In this document: positions 29,028 to 41,389 of the stretch, one piece after another
How the letters are laid out: every line of letters begins with the position of its first letter
Numbering within the stretch: position 1 is the first letter of the stretch
Source: Octopus sinensis
Lineage: Eukaryota
DNA length: 64,000 bases
Direction of reading: 5' to 3'
Assembly (NCBI RefSeq): GCF_006345805.1
Contig: NC_043022.1
Span: forward strand, 10,726,001 to 10,790,000
Notes under the pieces: generated by a model
Databases searched by the model: none
Told to the model about the DNA's origin: nothing
Seen by the model: only the letters and a program-made list of their open reading frames with translations
Translations under genes and position numbers: made by a program

Positions 29028-29028
<1 letters not shown>
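28729..29028 (+). mobile_element. Non-autonomous Helitron (300 bp)
   Basis: A|TCTTTATATATAAAAGTGAAG at the 5' end; CCCGAGCAACGCCGGG hairpin + CGATACTG-CTAG|T at the 3' end. Confidence 0.88.
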
Positions 29029-29061
<33 letters not shown>

Positions 29062-29482
29062 AGTGGTGAATTGGCAAAGCATTTAGAGTTCTTGGATGGA
29101 ATTCCTAGCCATATTTATTACAATTCTCTCTGCATTGAGTTCAAATCCTGCCGAGGTCAACTTTGCTTTTCATTCTTTCAGTGTTAAAAGAATTAAAAGC
29201 ACCAATCAAGGACATAACTGTCAGAGGGATGGGCGAAATGCTTTGCAGCATCTTTCCTGTTTTTTTTTGCATTTTTACTGAATATGTATAAAAACACTGA
29301 TGCTAAACAGCATCAACCTATGCTGGTAGCCTTTCCTGGGGATAAATGTTCATATCACTGGCACTCTGTTGGTTATGACAACGAGGGTTCCAGTTCATCT
29401 GATCAACAGAACAGCCTGCTTGTGAAATTAACATGCAAGTGGTTGAACACTCCACAGAGACCCTTAATGTAGACCCTTAATA

Positions 29483-29925
29483 TACCTATTTCTTTACTAC
29501 CCACAAGGGGCTAAACACCGAGAAGACAAACAAGGATAGAGAAAGGGATTAAGTCGATTATATCGACCCCAGTGCGTAACTGGTACTTATTTAATCGACC
29601 CCCAAAGGATGAAAGGCAAAGTCGACCTTGGCGGAATTTGAACTCAGAACGTAGCGGCAGACGTAATACCTATTTCTTTACTACCCACAAAGGCTAAACA
29701 CAGAGAGGACAAATAAGGACAGACAAAGGGATTAAGTCGATTATATCGACCCCAGTGCGTAACTGGTACTTATTTAATCGACCCCCAAAGGATGAAAGGC
29801 AAAGTCGACCTTGGCGGAATTTGAACTCAGAACGTAGCGGCAGACGTAATACCTATTTCTTTACTACCCACAAGGGCTAAACACAGAGAGGACAAATAAG
29901 GACAGACAAAGGGATTAAGTCGATT
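29483..29925 (-). repeat. Near-identical tandem array of headless family 2 SINE units (period about 184 bp)
   Basis: Unit starts tacctatttctttactacccac at 29483, 29667 and 29850; cut off at the 5' end of the R4/Dong element. Confidence 0.85.
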
Positions 29926-31165
29926 GGCCTAGACACCTACCTGAAAAGCTCTGAGGACTGGATGTTAAAACTTGTCTCAAAACATGAAAACAAGAAAGCA
30001 TCATACTCAGTAACAAAACAGGCAAAGGAATATCTAACTGAATTCCGAATACAACAAATTTCGGAATTAGAGATAGACATACAAGAAACAGACACAGAAA
30101 AGGCTAAGCACATGAAAACCCGTGCTAAATCTGCGGCCTTAGATATTCTGAATGATAAATGGCAAGAAAAACCTCTCTATGGCAAATACCCAAAGAGAGC
30201 AAATAATGCAGATGTTGACAAAGCCCTGACCCATCAATGGCTAATGGCCTCTGGCTTAAAATCTGAAACAGAGGGGTTTATCATAGCAGCTCAAGATCAA
30301 TGCCTACCAACAAGAAACTACCAGGCCAACATATTAAAGATCAGAAGCAGTCCAACGTGTCGTGTATGCCAGCAACAAAATGAAACCATTGACCATGTGG
30401 TCTCCAAGTGCAGTCTTCTAGCGCCTACAGAGTATCTCAACAGACACGATAGAGCTGCACAATATATTCACTGGGTAATCTGCAAAAACCTGGATTTGCC
30501 CCATGAAAAAACTGGTGGGAACACAAACCACCCCCAGTGCTTGAAAATGACCACATCTCACTCCTCTGGAACTTCACCATTCAAACTGACAGAAAGATAG
30601 ATGCAAATAGGCCAGACATCATATTGAAAGACTTCAAACAAAGAACATGCCTCCTCATTGATATGACTGTCCCAATCGATATAAACGTATCTGTCAAGAC
30701 CTACCAAAATCTGAGCAAATATAAAGATCTTGAAATAGAAATCAGCAAAATGTGGAAGCTGAAGACTAAAACAATACCTGTTGTCATAGGTGCTCTGGGA
30801 ATGATAGCAAAAGGGGCTGATAGCTACCTAACTCAGATACCAGGAAACCCAAAAATGGCAGAAATTCAAAAGATAGTGCTCATGGGAACTGCTCATATCC
30901 TACGCAAAATACTTTCTATGTAATCTCAAGGTTTAAAACAAACATAATTTTCGGTTTTTAGAGAAAAAAAAAAGAAAAATTTTTTTTTTTTAGACGTTCA
31001 TTAGTACAACACCAAAAACTCCCCCCCCCCAAATATATGGCACACTAGGCATAACAACAACATGAACTTCCAACCTGTTGTCTCTTGAGGTCTCTGGGTG
31101 AGACTTGGAGCCAACTTGTACAAATATAAAGCAAAACTCAAACATAGAATAATAATAATAATAAT
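29923..31165 (+). mobile_element. 5'-truncated R4/Dong-type non-LTR retrotransposon (restriction-like endonuclease class)
   Basis: ETEGFIIAAQDQ..CRVC..ETIDHVVSKC (CCHC knuckle)..YLNRHD; one frameshift in an A-run near 30505; RPDIIL..LIDMTVP..KY.DL..W..PVVIGALG endonuclease motif; 3' UTR ends in (AAT)n. Confidence 0.88.
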
Positions 31166-31169
31166 CATC

Positions 31170-31670
31170 ATCATCATCATTTAACTGTCCGCTTTCCATG
31201 CTAGCATGGGTTGGACGGTTCAACTGGGGTCTGGGGAGCCCGAAAGCTGCACCAGTCCAGTCAGATCTGGCAGTGTTTCTACAGCTGGATGCCCTTCCTA
31301 ACGCCAACCACTCCGAGAGTGTAGTGGGTGATTTTATGTGCCACCGACACAGGTGCCAGACGAGGCTGGCAAACGGCCACGCTCGGATGGTGTTTTTTAT
31401 GTGCCACCGACACAGGTGCCAGACGAGGCTGGCAGACGGCCATGCTCGGATGGTGTTTTTATGTGCCACCGACACAGGTGCCAGATGAGGCTGGCAAACG
31501 GCCACGATCGGATGGTGCTTGTTACGTGCCCACAGCACGGAGGCCAGTCGATGCGGTACTGGCTACGGCCACGTTCGGATGGTTTTATTGTGTGCCATGT
31601 GCCACCGGCACTGGTACCACAAAGACACAAATTCCATTGATGTTCATCTATTTGGATTTGTTTTGATTTG
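31170..31670 (-). mobile_element. RTE LINE 3' UTR fragment with about five internal ~57-60-bp tandem units
   Basis: Matches the 3' UTR of the RTE at 44297-44820. Shorter copies at 32160-32570, 36060-36240, 37450-37620 (+), 38995-39215, 43540-43660 (+) and 52030-52600. Confidence 0.85.
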
Positions 31671-32097
31671 ATATAATAATAGTAGTAGTAGTAGTTGTAG
31701 TAGTAGTAATAATAATACCTAGACATGGCTGTGGGGTTAACAAGCTCACTTTGAAATTACATGTTTTCAGGTTCAATCCCTCTGTGCGACACCTTGGGCA
31801 AGTGTCTTCTACCATAGCCCTGGTCTGACTAGTGTCTTTTGAATGAATTTGGTAGATGGAAACTGTGAGAATACCAATGAAAATGTGAATGCTTCTGTGT
31901 GTGTGTGTACATACATATATATATATATATGTGCATGTATCCAAAATGGAGATGGACACCATTTTTCCATGTGATTGGCTTGAAGAATTGTTAAGAAAGA
32001 TATTATCTGCACAGCTCGAAATAGGGTGAGTTAAATTAAAATAAGCAACAGTGATATCCTGTTGCTTATTTTGATTTTATATATACATTTATGTATA

Positions 32098-32138
<41 letters not shown>

Positions 32139-32619
32139 CACACACATGTATGTATGTATTCATCATCATCATCATCATCATCATCGTTTAACGTCCGTTT
32201 TCCATGCTAGTATGGGTTGGACGGTTTGACCGGGGTCTGGGAAGCCAGGAGGCTGCACCAGGCCCCAGTCTGACCTGGCAGTGTTTCTACAGCTGGAAGC
32301 CCTTCCTAACGCCAACCACTCCATGAGTGTAGTGGGTGCTTTTTACATGCCACCGGCACGCAAGCCAGTTAAGGCAGTGCTGGCATCGGCCACGTTCCGA
32401 TGGTGCTTTTTATGTGCCACTGGCATGGGTACCACAACTACAATTTCCATTTGATTTTTATTTTGATGTTGATGTACCTGACTCAATAGGTCTTCTCTAG
32501 CACAGCCAGTCGCCCTACAATCCAGGGTAAGCACTTTGGGCCATCCTGTGATCCAAGGTACTTTGGATGGGCTGGGGTTGCTATGTGAAGCTGGTGCAGG
32601 AAATAGCCATATATGTATG

Positions 32620-32689
<70 letters not shown>

Positions 32690-32947
32690 GTGTGTGTGTA
32701 TAATATGTATATGTATATAGCTATATATATAAACATACATGTATGTATGTGTGCATGTACATACACAACAGTGATATCTTGTTGCTTATTTTGATTTTAT
32801 ATGTGTGTGTGTGTGTGCATGCGTGCGTGTGTGTGTGTATATATATAATTGTTGAGAGGACGTTGGTGTTGCCTTGGCGGAGGTTTGTGCTCTCTGAGTG
32901 CTCTCATTATTATTATTATCATTATTATTATTATTATTATTATTATT

Positions 32948-33907
32948 AAGGCGGTGAGCTGGCAGAATCATTAGCATGCTGAATGAAATGCTTAGTGGTA
33001 TTTCGTCTACTGCTATGTTCTGAGCTCAAATTCCACCAAGGTCGATTTTACCTTTCATTCTTTCAGGGTTGATATATTAAGTACCAGTTGAGTACTGGAG
33101 TTGATGTAATCAACTATCCCTCTCCCCCAAATTCCAGGCCTTGTGCTTATAGTAGAAAGGATTATTATCATCATTATTGAAGGTGGCAAGCTGGCAGAAT
33201 CGTTAGCACACTGGACAAAATACTTAGTGGTATTTCGCCTGTTGCTACGTTCTGAGTTCAAATTCCACCAGTGTCAACTTTGCCTTTCATCCTTTCAGGG
33301 TTGATAATTAAGTACCAGTGAAACACTAGGGTAATCAACTGATCTTTTCCTCCCCAAAATTTTAGGCCTTGTGCCTATAGTAGAAAAGATTATTATTATT
33401 ATCATCATTATTATTATTATTATTATTATATTATTATTATTATTATTATTATTAAGGCGGTGAGCTGGCAGAATCATTAGCATGCTGAATGAAATGCTTA
33501 GTGGTATTTCGTCTACTGCTATGTTCTGAGCTCAAATTCCACCAAGGTCGATTTTACCTTTCATTCTTTCAGGGTTGATATATTAAGTACAGTTGAGTAC
33601 TGGAGTTGATGTAATCAACTATCCCTCTCCCCCAAATTCCAGGCCTTGTGCTTATAGTAGAAAGGATTATTATCATCATTATTGAAGGTGGCAAGCTGGC
33701 AGAATCGTTAGCACACTGGACAAAATACTTAGTGGTATTTCGCCTGTTGCTACGTTCTGAGTTCAAATTCCACCAGTGTCAACTTTGCCTTTCATCCTTT
33801 CAGGGTTGATAATAAGTACCAGTGAAACACTAGGGTAATCAACTGATCTTTTCCTCCCCAAAATTTAGGCCTTGTGCCTATAGTAGAAAAGATTATTATT
33901 ATTATCA

Positions 33908-33942
<35 letters not shown>

Positions 33943-33960
33943 ATTATTATTATTATTATT
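32948..33960. repeat. Near-perfect tandem duplication (period 506 bp) of a three-SINE block
   Basis: Copies start at 32948 and 33454; outside the (ATT)n tracts they differ only by three single-base deletions that I could see. Confidence 0.9.
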
Positions 33961-34504
33961 ATTAGTATTTGTATTATTATCATCATCATCATTATTATTA
34001 TTGCATAAATTTGAATATAGCTAAATTGTTTATAGTTTTTATATAGTTGTCTGTGTTAAGCCATCAATTTTCTTTTTTTTTTATCCACCCCCCTCTGACA
34101 GCTTTTTATTTCCTTGCAGCGAGAAACATTTTATGTTGGTTTTATGTATTTTCATGTGTAGCATTCATACATAATTCCAGCCCAGAGTGTACTTGTATAC
34201 TTTTATCTGGCAATCTGAGGTCCCTTGGCAACACTTGCGTCTGCAAATGATATTCATGTCAGAGCATCATCTTTCTAAATAGACTTTGTCTCTTAAAATA
34301 CAAAGCTTTATGTCTTTTGCTGACAAACTATATTTTTCGTTCCAAAAGAACTGCAATTTATTCGCTGGACTGAATAAATGAATAAATGTTACTTATATAA
34401 ATGTCTATACTTGTATAATGTATGTGAAGAGCCATCAATAGACAATGGACTGGAGGAATTGTAAAAGTGCTGGACAAAATGCTTACCAATATTTTGTTAC
34501 TTCT

Positions 34505-35372
34505 AAGGTGGTGAGCTGGCAGAAATGTTAGCATGCCGGTTGAAATGCTTAGCAGTATTTCGTCTGCTGTTACGTTCTGAGTTCAAATTCCGCCAAGGTC
34601 GACTTTGCCTTTCATCCTTTCGGGGTCGATAGATTAAGTACCAGTTACGCACTGGGGTCGATGTAATCGACTTAATCCCTTTGTCTGTCCTTGTTTGTCC
34701 CCTCTGGGTGTAGCCCCTTGTGGGCAGTAAAGAAGTAAAGGCGGCAAGCTGGCAGAAACGTTAGCACGCCGGGCGAAATGTGTAGCCGTATTTCGTCTGC
34801 CACTACGTTCTGAGTTCAAATTCCACCATGGTCGACTTTGCCTTTCATCTTTTTGGGGTCGATAAATTAAGTACCAGTTATGCACTGGGATCGATATATA
34901 ATCGACTTAATCCGTTTGTCTGTCCTTGTTTGTCCTCTCTGTGTTTAGCCCCTTGTGGGTAGTAAAGAAATAGGTATTTTGTCAGCCGTTACGTTCTGAG
35001 TTCAAATTCTGTCGAGGTTGACTTTGTCTTTCATCTTTTCGGGCTCGATAAATTAAGTACCAGTTACGCACTGGGGTCGATATAATCGACTTAATCCGTT
35101 TGTCTGTCCTTGTTTGTCCCCTCTATGTTTAGCCCCTTGTGGGCAATAAAGAAATAAGAAACATTAGCATGCTGGGTGAAATGCTTTACAGTATTTTGTC
35201 TGTCTATGTTCTGAGTTCAAATTCGGCCAAAATCAACTATGCCTTTCATCCTTTCGGGGACGATTAAATAAGTTCCAGTTACACACTGGGGTCGATGTAA
35301 TTGACTTAATCCCTTTGTCTATCATTGTTTGTCCCCTCTAAGTTTAGCCTCCCTGTGGGCAATAAAGAAATA
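34505..35372 (+). mobile_element. Tetrameric family 2 SINE inserted as one unit, with a 17-bp TSD
   Basis: Units at about 34505, 34738, 34976 and 35158; aatattttgttacttct at 34488-34504 and 35373-35389. Confidence 0.88.
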
Positions 35373-35619
35373 AATATTTTGTTACTTCTCTTTAAGCTCT
35401 GAGTTCAATTCTCACTGTGATCAGTTTTATCTTTCATCCTTGTGGGACCAATGAAATAAAGTATCAGTTATGTACCAGGAACAGTTTATGTTCTTATAAA
35501 GTATCCGAGATACATTTTAAAGCCATTTTCTCTTTGTTTACAATAAAGAAGATGAAAGCTACTTAATGACATGATGCAACTCATTTATGAGAATCATGAC
35601 CACCAGCAGCAGCAGTAGT

Positions 35620-35998
35620 GGAGGCACAATGGCCTAGTGGTTAGGGCAGTGGACTCGCGGTTGGAGGATCGCGGTTTCGATTCCCAAACCGGGTGTTGTG
35701 TGTGTTTATTGAGCGAAAACACCTAAAGTTCCATGAGGCTCTGGCAGGGGGTGGTGGTGACCCCTGTTGTACTCTTTCGCTCCAACTTTCTCTCACTCTT
35801 TCTTCCTGTTTCTTGTCCCCGACTTCCTACACAACCACTGAGCCTGGATGCGCATTCATCCATCCATCGATGCTCTCGGTGTCGGGGGCTGACCTGCTTT
35901 CTCTTCTGTAGGTCTTACGAATAGCAAAGGACCATGTTTTGGACTTCTCCTACTGGGACGAAGACCACTTCGCTCAACAAACAAACAAACAAACAAAC
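35620..35998 (+). mobile_element. Family 3 tRNA-derived SINE, tail variant 2 ending in (AAAC)n
   Basis: Same head and body as 4823-5010, different 3' half. Confidence 0.8.
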
Positions 35999-36845
35999 AA
36001 GCAGCAGCAGCAGCAGCAGCACCACCACCACCACCATCAGTAGCAGCAGCATTTAACATTTCTTGTCTCATGCTGGCATGTGTTGGCTAGTTCAACAGGA
36101 GCTGATGAGACAGAGGAAAGTGCTGGAGCTCCAATGTCTGGTTTGTCATGGTTTCTACAGCTGGATCTGCATCCTAATGCTAACCACTTTACAGCGTGTA
36201 CTGGGTGCATTGTTTCCATGGCACCAGCACTAGTGAAGTTACCAAGCACTTGCAAGACAAGTTCTCTCAACAAAGTTGGGGTATTACATGGAAAGAGTTG
36301 AATGTATGATAGAAGGATGGGAACAGGTGTCTTGCTGAAGGGGAGATATGTGGCTTCCTTTCCCCAGCAAGAAAGGGAGAGGAAGAGAGAGGGAGATAGC
36401 AAGAAGGAGAGAGGGAGAGGGAGAGAGTGAGAAGCGGGAAGAGAGAGGGAGACAGTGAGAAGTGGGAAGAGAGAGGGAGAGAGAGAGACAGACAAACAGA
36501 CAGGCAGATGGACAGAGAAGGGCAGAAAGAGAAGGTAGCGAGCTGACAGAAATGTTAGCATGCTGGGCGAAATGCTTCACAGTATTTCGGCTGTTTTTAC
36601 GTTCTGAGTTCAAATTCCACTGAGGGTGACTTTGCCTTTCCTCCTTTTGGGGTCGATAAATTAAGTACCAGTTACTCACTGGGGTTAATGTAAATGACTT
36701 AATCCCTTTGTCTGTCCTTGTTTGTCCCCTCTATGTTTAGCCCCATGTGGGCAATAAAGAAATAAGGAAGAGATAGAGACCAAGAAGGCATATATATATT
36801 TATTAAACTAGGATTATGAGCATTTTTTCATTTGTTAATGGCCTT

Positions 36846-37400
36846 TGTGAAGTCTAATCAAAAAGTATCAAGACTGGTGTTATAAAAAGAAAACTACAAC
36901 ACATATTAATTTGGTATTTAATCCCCTTTGAAGTAGTCCCCTTTTGAAGCCACACACTTTATCCAGCACTTTTTTACATCAATGGAAACATTCCTGGAAC
37001 TCCTTTTTGGGGATAGTGTGCTGTTGCTTTGTCACATTCTCTTAGATTTCCTCGACATCTTAAAATCCTGTTGGAGTCTCCCTCTGTGAAGCCTGAACTT
37101 TGGTTTCAGAGTCACAACCACAGACCCTCAATTTGTCACCTGTTATGACCATTTTCAAAAAGGTTTTGTCTTCTTCAACACAGTCAAGGGGGTCCTGCAA
37201 GCTGAAACCTGATCTTCGTTTTGAGATGACCACTCTCAACAAACTTTACTTTGAAGTGCTGCTATAAACAACAGAATGTTATAACTTAATGTGTGTGCAC
37301 AACAGAGTTCAAGGTCAATCTGTGTCAAGTGGCTCCACTTTGCATACTTTAGCTCCATTACAACAGCAACAATCCTGATAGTTTTGGATCAAACCTTGTA
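36846..37400 (-). mobile_element. Internally deleted mariner element with decayed TIRs
   Basis: FLKMVITGD..DSETKVQASQ joined to DVEEI..PKKEFQECF..W.KCV.SKGDYF; ends gaagtctaatcaaaaagtatc and gatagttttggatcaaaccttgta. Confidence 0.75.
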
Positions 37401-38353
37401 TGCTTGCCAGGTTGATAGATATTAGCAGTTTTGTACTTTAGGAACGTAAAAAGTACCAACTACACTCACGGAGTGGTTGGCGTTAGGAAGACATCCAGCC
37501 GTAGAAACACTGCCAGATCAGACTGGTGCCTGGTGCAGCCTCTTGGCTTCCCAGACCCCAGTCGAACCGTCCAACCCATGCTAGCATGGAAAACGGACGT
37601 TAAATGATGATGATGATGAACATGGTGATCTTTATTGTGACTTTTCTGCCAAGTATCAAATGAGTGTCACCCTTACAGACTAATGACAACACTCTTTCAC
37701 CTTTGCATTGAGGCAACACATCTGCAGTGTTACTTCCCTTGGCTTCACATGTAACCCTAGGCTGGACGGCTGTTGGGTACTATGCTATGCAAAATGGCAG
37801 TCTATGTTTGATCTACGTGGTTTATTTCCATATTTCTTGCTAAACCCTCTATTCTCGTGGCTATTCCCCTATCTGCTACATGGAGGCCCCACCAGGTTCA
37901 AGTTCTCTTTCCCAGAAACCTTCACCCCAGCACTGTATGGACATATGATGTTGCTCTGCTGACCTCCTGAATGTTATGCAAGATCATGTTTAACAGTGTG
38001 ACCGAATCAGACAAATAGCAGCAGACTCACACACTTGAAACATACAGATATGACACTGCATATATATTAATTCATAATTCATGTTATATTGCTACTTTAG
38101 TAATGAATGTTACTTCAGTCATCAACAGATAAAGAATATGCATAGATTTTAATTATTCTTAGACACTGGCAAAAACAACAGAGCCATGGACTAGATTCCT
38201 TGTAGTATTCTATATTCATTCATCTACATTCTGGTTTCAACTCCAACTAGAGTGTACTTTACATTTCAGAATTTCTGTGGTCCACTTTATCCCTGACTTA
38301 CACTGTTTTGCTTTTGTGTAAACACAAATAGACTATTAAACTCTTGTTCTTAC

Positions 38354-38945
38354 GATGGTGAACTGGCAGAAATGTTAGCACACCGGGCGAAATGCTTAGC
38401 GGTATTTCGTCTACTGTTACGTTCTGAGTTCAAATTCTGCCGAGGTCAACTTTGCCTTTCATCCTTTCTGGGTCGATAAATTAAGTACCAGTTATACACT
38501 GGGGTCAATGTAATCGATCTAATCCATTTGTCTGTCCTTGTTTGTCCCCTCTGTGTTTAGCCCCTTGTTGGTAGTAAAGAAATAGGTATTTCGTCTGCCG
38601 TTACGTTCTGAGTTCAAATTCCACCGAAATCGACTTTGCTTTTCATCCTTTCGGGAGTTGATAAATTAAGTACCAGTTACGTTCTGGGGTCGATGTAATC
38701 GACTTAACCCCTTTGTCTGTCCTTGTTTGTCCCCTTGTGGGCAATAAAGAAATAAGAATCGTTAGCATGCTGGGCAGAATGCTTAGTGGCATTTCATCCA
38801 TCTTTTATGTTCTGAGTTCAAATTCTGCTGAGGTCAGCTTTGCCTTTCATCCTCTCAAGGTCAGTGAAATAAATCCCAGTTGATCACTGAGGCCAATGTA
38901 ATTAACTAGTCCCTTCACCCAAAGTTGCAGGCCTTGTGTCTATAG
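38354..38945 (+). mobile_element. Trimeric family 2 SINE
   Basis: Head plus tail A, headless unit plus tail B, A-box-less unit plus tail C; the same order occurs at 49660-50272 (-). Confidence 0.8.
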
Positions 38946-39749
38946 CAAATAAAGTTAATTACTGTTGTTCTTGGTTTTTACTGATAGTCTCTCCATCATC
39001 ATCATCATTTAATGTCCGCTGTCCATGCTAGCATGGGTTGGATGGTTTGACCAGGGATTAGGCATAGTTTTCTATGGCTGGATACCCTTCCTAATGCCAA
39101 CCACTCCTGAGAGTGTAATGGGTGCTTTTACATGTCACCGGCACAGGTGCCATTTGCGTGACTCCAGTCTCTGCCATGACTGTGATTTTGCACGGCTTGA
39201 TTGGTCTTCTTCTCAAACATGACATATAACTGTATAACTATCTCTCTCTCTCTTTTTCTCTCCACACACACACTATCTGAGTTGACTGGGACATGAAATT
39301 TCACCTATTAGATTAAGAGTAAAAGAGTAAGAATCTCTTTCCAGAGCACGAATCAAATACTTTTAGCAGTGGATATGAAACCATACCTAGAGGCAGGCCC
39401 ATCCGCCAGACTTTGGTGCCTGTGGGGTGCTTCATAATATTCTGGGTGGGCACTAATTTGTATTGCAGAAGGATTTTTGTAAACTGTATTTTCCAAATCT
39501 GGGAGTTCGCTATTGAATAGAGAGGGGCAGTGCCGTCCAGAGCGCTCCCTTAGCAACAGGCATGTTAGACAGATTTCAAGAAATTTATTGCAAGAAGATT
39601 TTTGTAAACCGTATTTTCTAAATCTGAGAGTTCAGCATTGATGGGCATGCGTACAAGAGAAACTGAAAAAGTATGGAAGAAGCAAAAAATATCAGTTCTA
39701 TTGTTTGGTGGATAATTAACGCTATTATGAGAATGACCATGAAATTTAA

Positions 39750-41100
39750 TTACGCTGTCAAAGGGTTAACAAAATTCGAACAGTGAACAAAATTCCATGC
39801 TCACTGCTTTACATTGAATATCAACACAGAAGACGAGAAGGGAAAGTCATCCTTTACGTAAATACGAAACAGAATATTTAATAGTAAGTGGATTTGAACT
39901 TTCACTTTATGGTTTCTAATCTGCAGTGTGTAATTACTTCTACCCCAAAAGAGATAATAAGTGAACTTTGCTCGCTGAACACTCGGAAAAGGAAGATGAT
40001 ATGCCGTGCGATTGATACAAAATACTATGTATTAATGACAGGAAGAAAGTTAGACTTGATTCTGAATCAGGAATTTAAAGTACAAAGATCTTCGTCCCCA
40101 TTTTTTTTCAACTATAAACAGCCTTCGGTTGTTGGTCGGTGAAGGGACCTGACTGCATGATAGAATAACTTTACTGCGCAACAGATGTTGGCTTCATACA
40201 GAGCAACAAACCTCACCAGTTTGAATGAATTTCCTCACTGAAAAAACGTGCGCGTATATATATATATATTGTACACGCATTCTCGTTTTCCTTTCACTTC
40301 CACCTGACCTGTTTCCGTTTTGTCTTTTCTGTCTGTTTCTCCGGGGGCCTTGTTACGTTTATATTTTAAAGCATTTATCAAAGAGCAACAGACGGGATGT
40401 TTACGTATTTCAGCCTTCTCTCACGCCAACACTGTCAGACAACAAACTGAACCTGATTCTTCTGCTAACGGTAGGAATTAGCCATAATTGACTAAATTTT
40501 TTCTTCCACTTCAGTCGTATCACAGACATTGACACCTGCATATCTCTGATCACTGTCTATTCAAATTCACTTCATTACTCTCTCTCTCTCACCAAGCATG
40601 ACACTTGCTGGCCACTAACAACCATTTCTTCTTCCCCTTCTAAATCCAATTCATTTTCTTTCTTCTCTTTGTCTACTTCTTTTCTTTTCTTATCAGTTCA
40701 CTTTACTTCTCTCCTATCTCTATCTTGTAATCCTTTCCTTCTAATTTCGTTTTTTTTTTTCGTTTTCTTCTTCATATTCGTTTTCCTCGCTACCTCGATG
40801 TCTTACCCATCTTCTTCTTGTCCAGCTCTTCAGTTCTTCCTCCTCATCTCTTTCACCCCCCATCCTCTACTAGTTGCTAGTGCAACAACACCTAGGCAAC
40901 AGATCTCACCTTTGGCATTTCACGAACAGCTTTCGCCACTCACTCTATGTGTACATCTCTCTAAATTCCTACGTGTTTTTGTTCCTTTGTGAATGTGTTT
41001 ATATGATATATACATATGTATGTATATATATATATATATGTATATTCTACGGATATCTTTATGGATCTAGAAATTGATAGATGTTTTTCTGATCTAGTAC
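39750..41100. promoter_or_regulatory. CpG-retaining region, possible bidirectional promoter or first exons
   Basis: Local CpG enrichment; outward-facing donor-like sites (minus CTG|GTGAGG at 40217/40216, plus ACG|GTAGGA at 40470/40471); GGAAGT motif on the minus strand near 40300. Confidence 0.35.
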
Positions 41101-41389
41101 TTTTTTTTAGTAATATTTCAATCGGTCACCTGCCAGTTGCATCATTCTTTTCAACTCCCTTTTCTCAACCATTCATTCTCTAAATTCTTTGAAAAGTCTG
41201 GTCTTGCACATTTATATTGTCCCAGATATGGTGTCCATCTGTGATATGTGAATTACGGCGCTCTTGCATTCTTTTCCCAATAATCCAAATTCAGGCATAC
41301 TTTAATTCAAGCTTGTTTGAAAAATGAGATTAGTATAAATGTTTCCCATCTATTTTACTATGCTGGCATCGGTTTTTCTGTGACCGTAT

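Noticed and set aside
31325-31620. CRISPR-like array
   Set aside because: The units are contiguous with no unique spacers, they belong to a LINE 3' UTR, and the context is eukaryotic with no cas genes.
39753-39769. piggyBac-like end (..gctgtcaaaggg|TTAA)
   Set aside because: No matching left TIR or transposase was found nearby.
41130-41238. Minus-strand coding exon WTPYLGQYKCARPDFSKNLENEW..
   Set aside because: On recounting it is 109 nt, with stops in all three frames between the splice-like sites.
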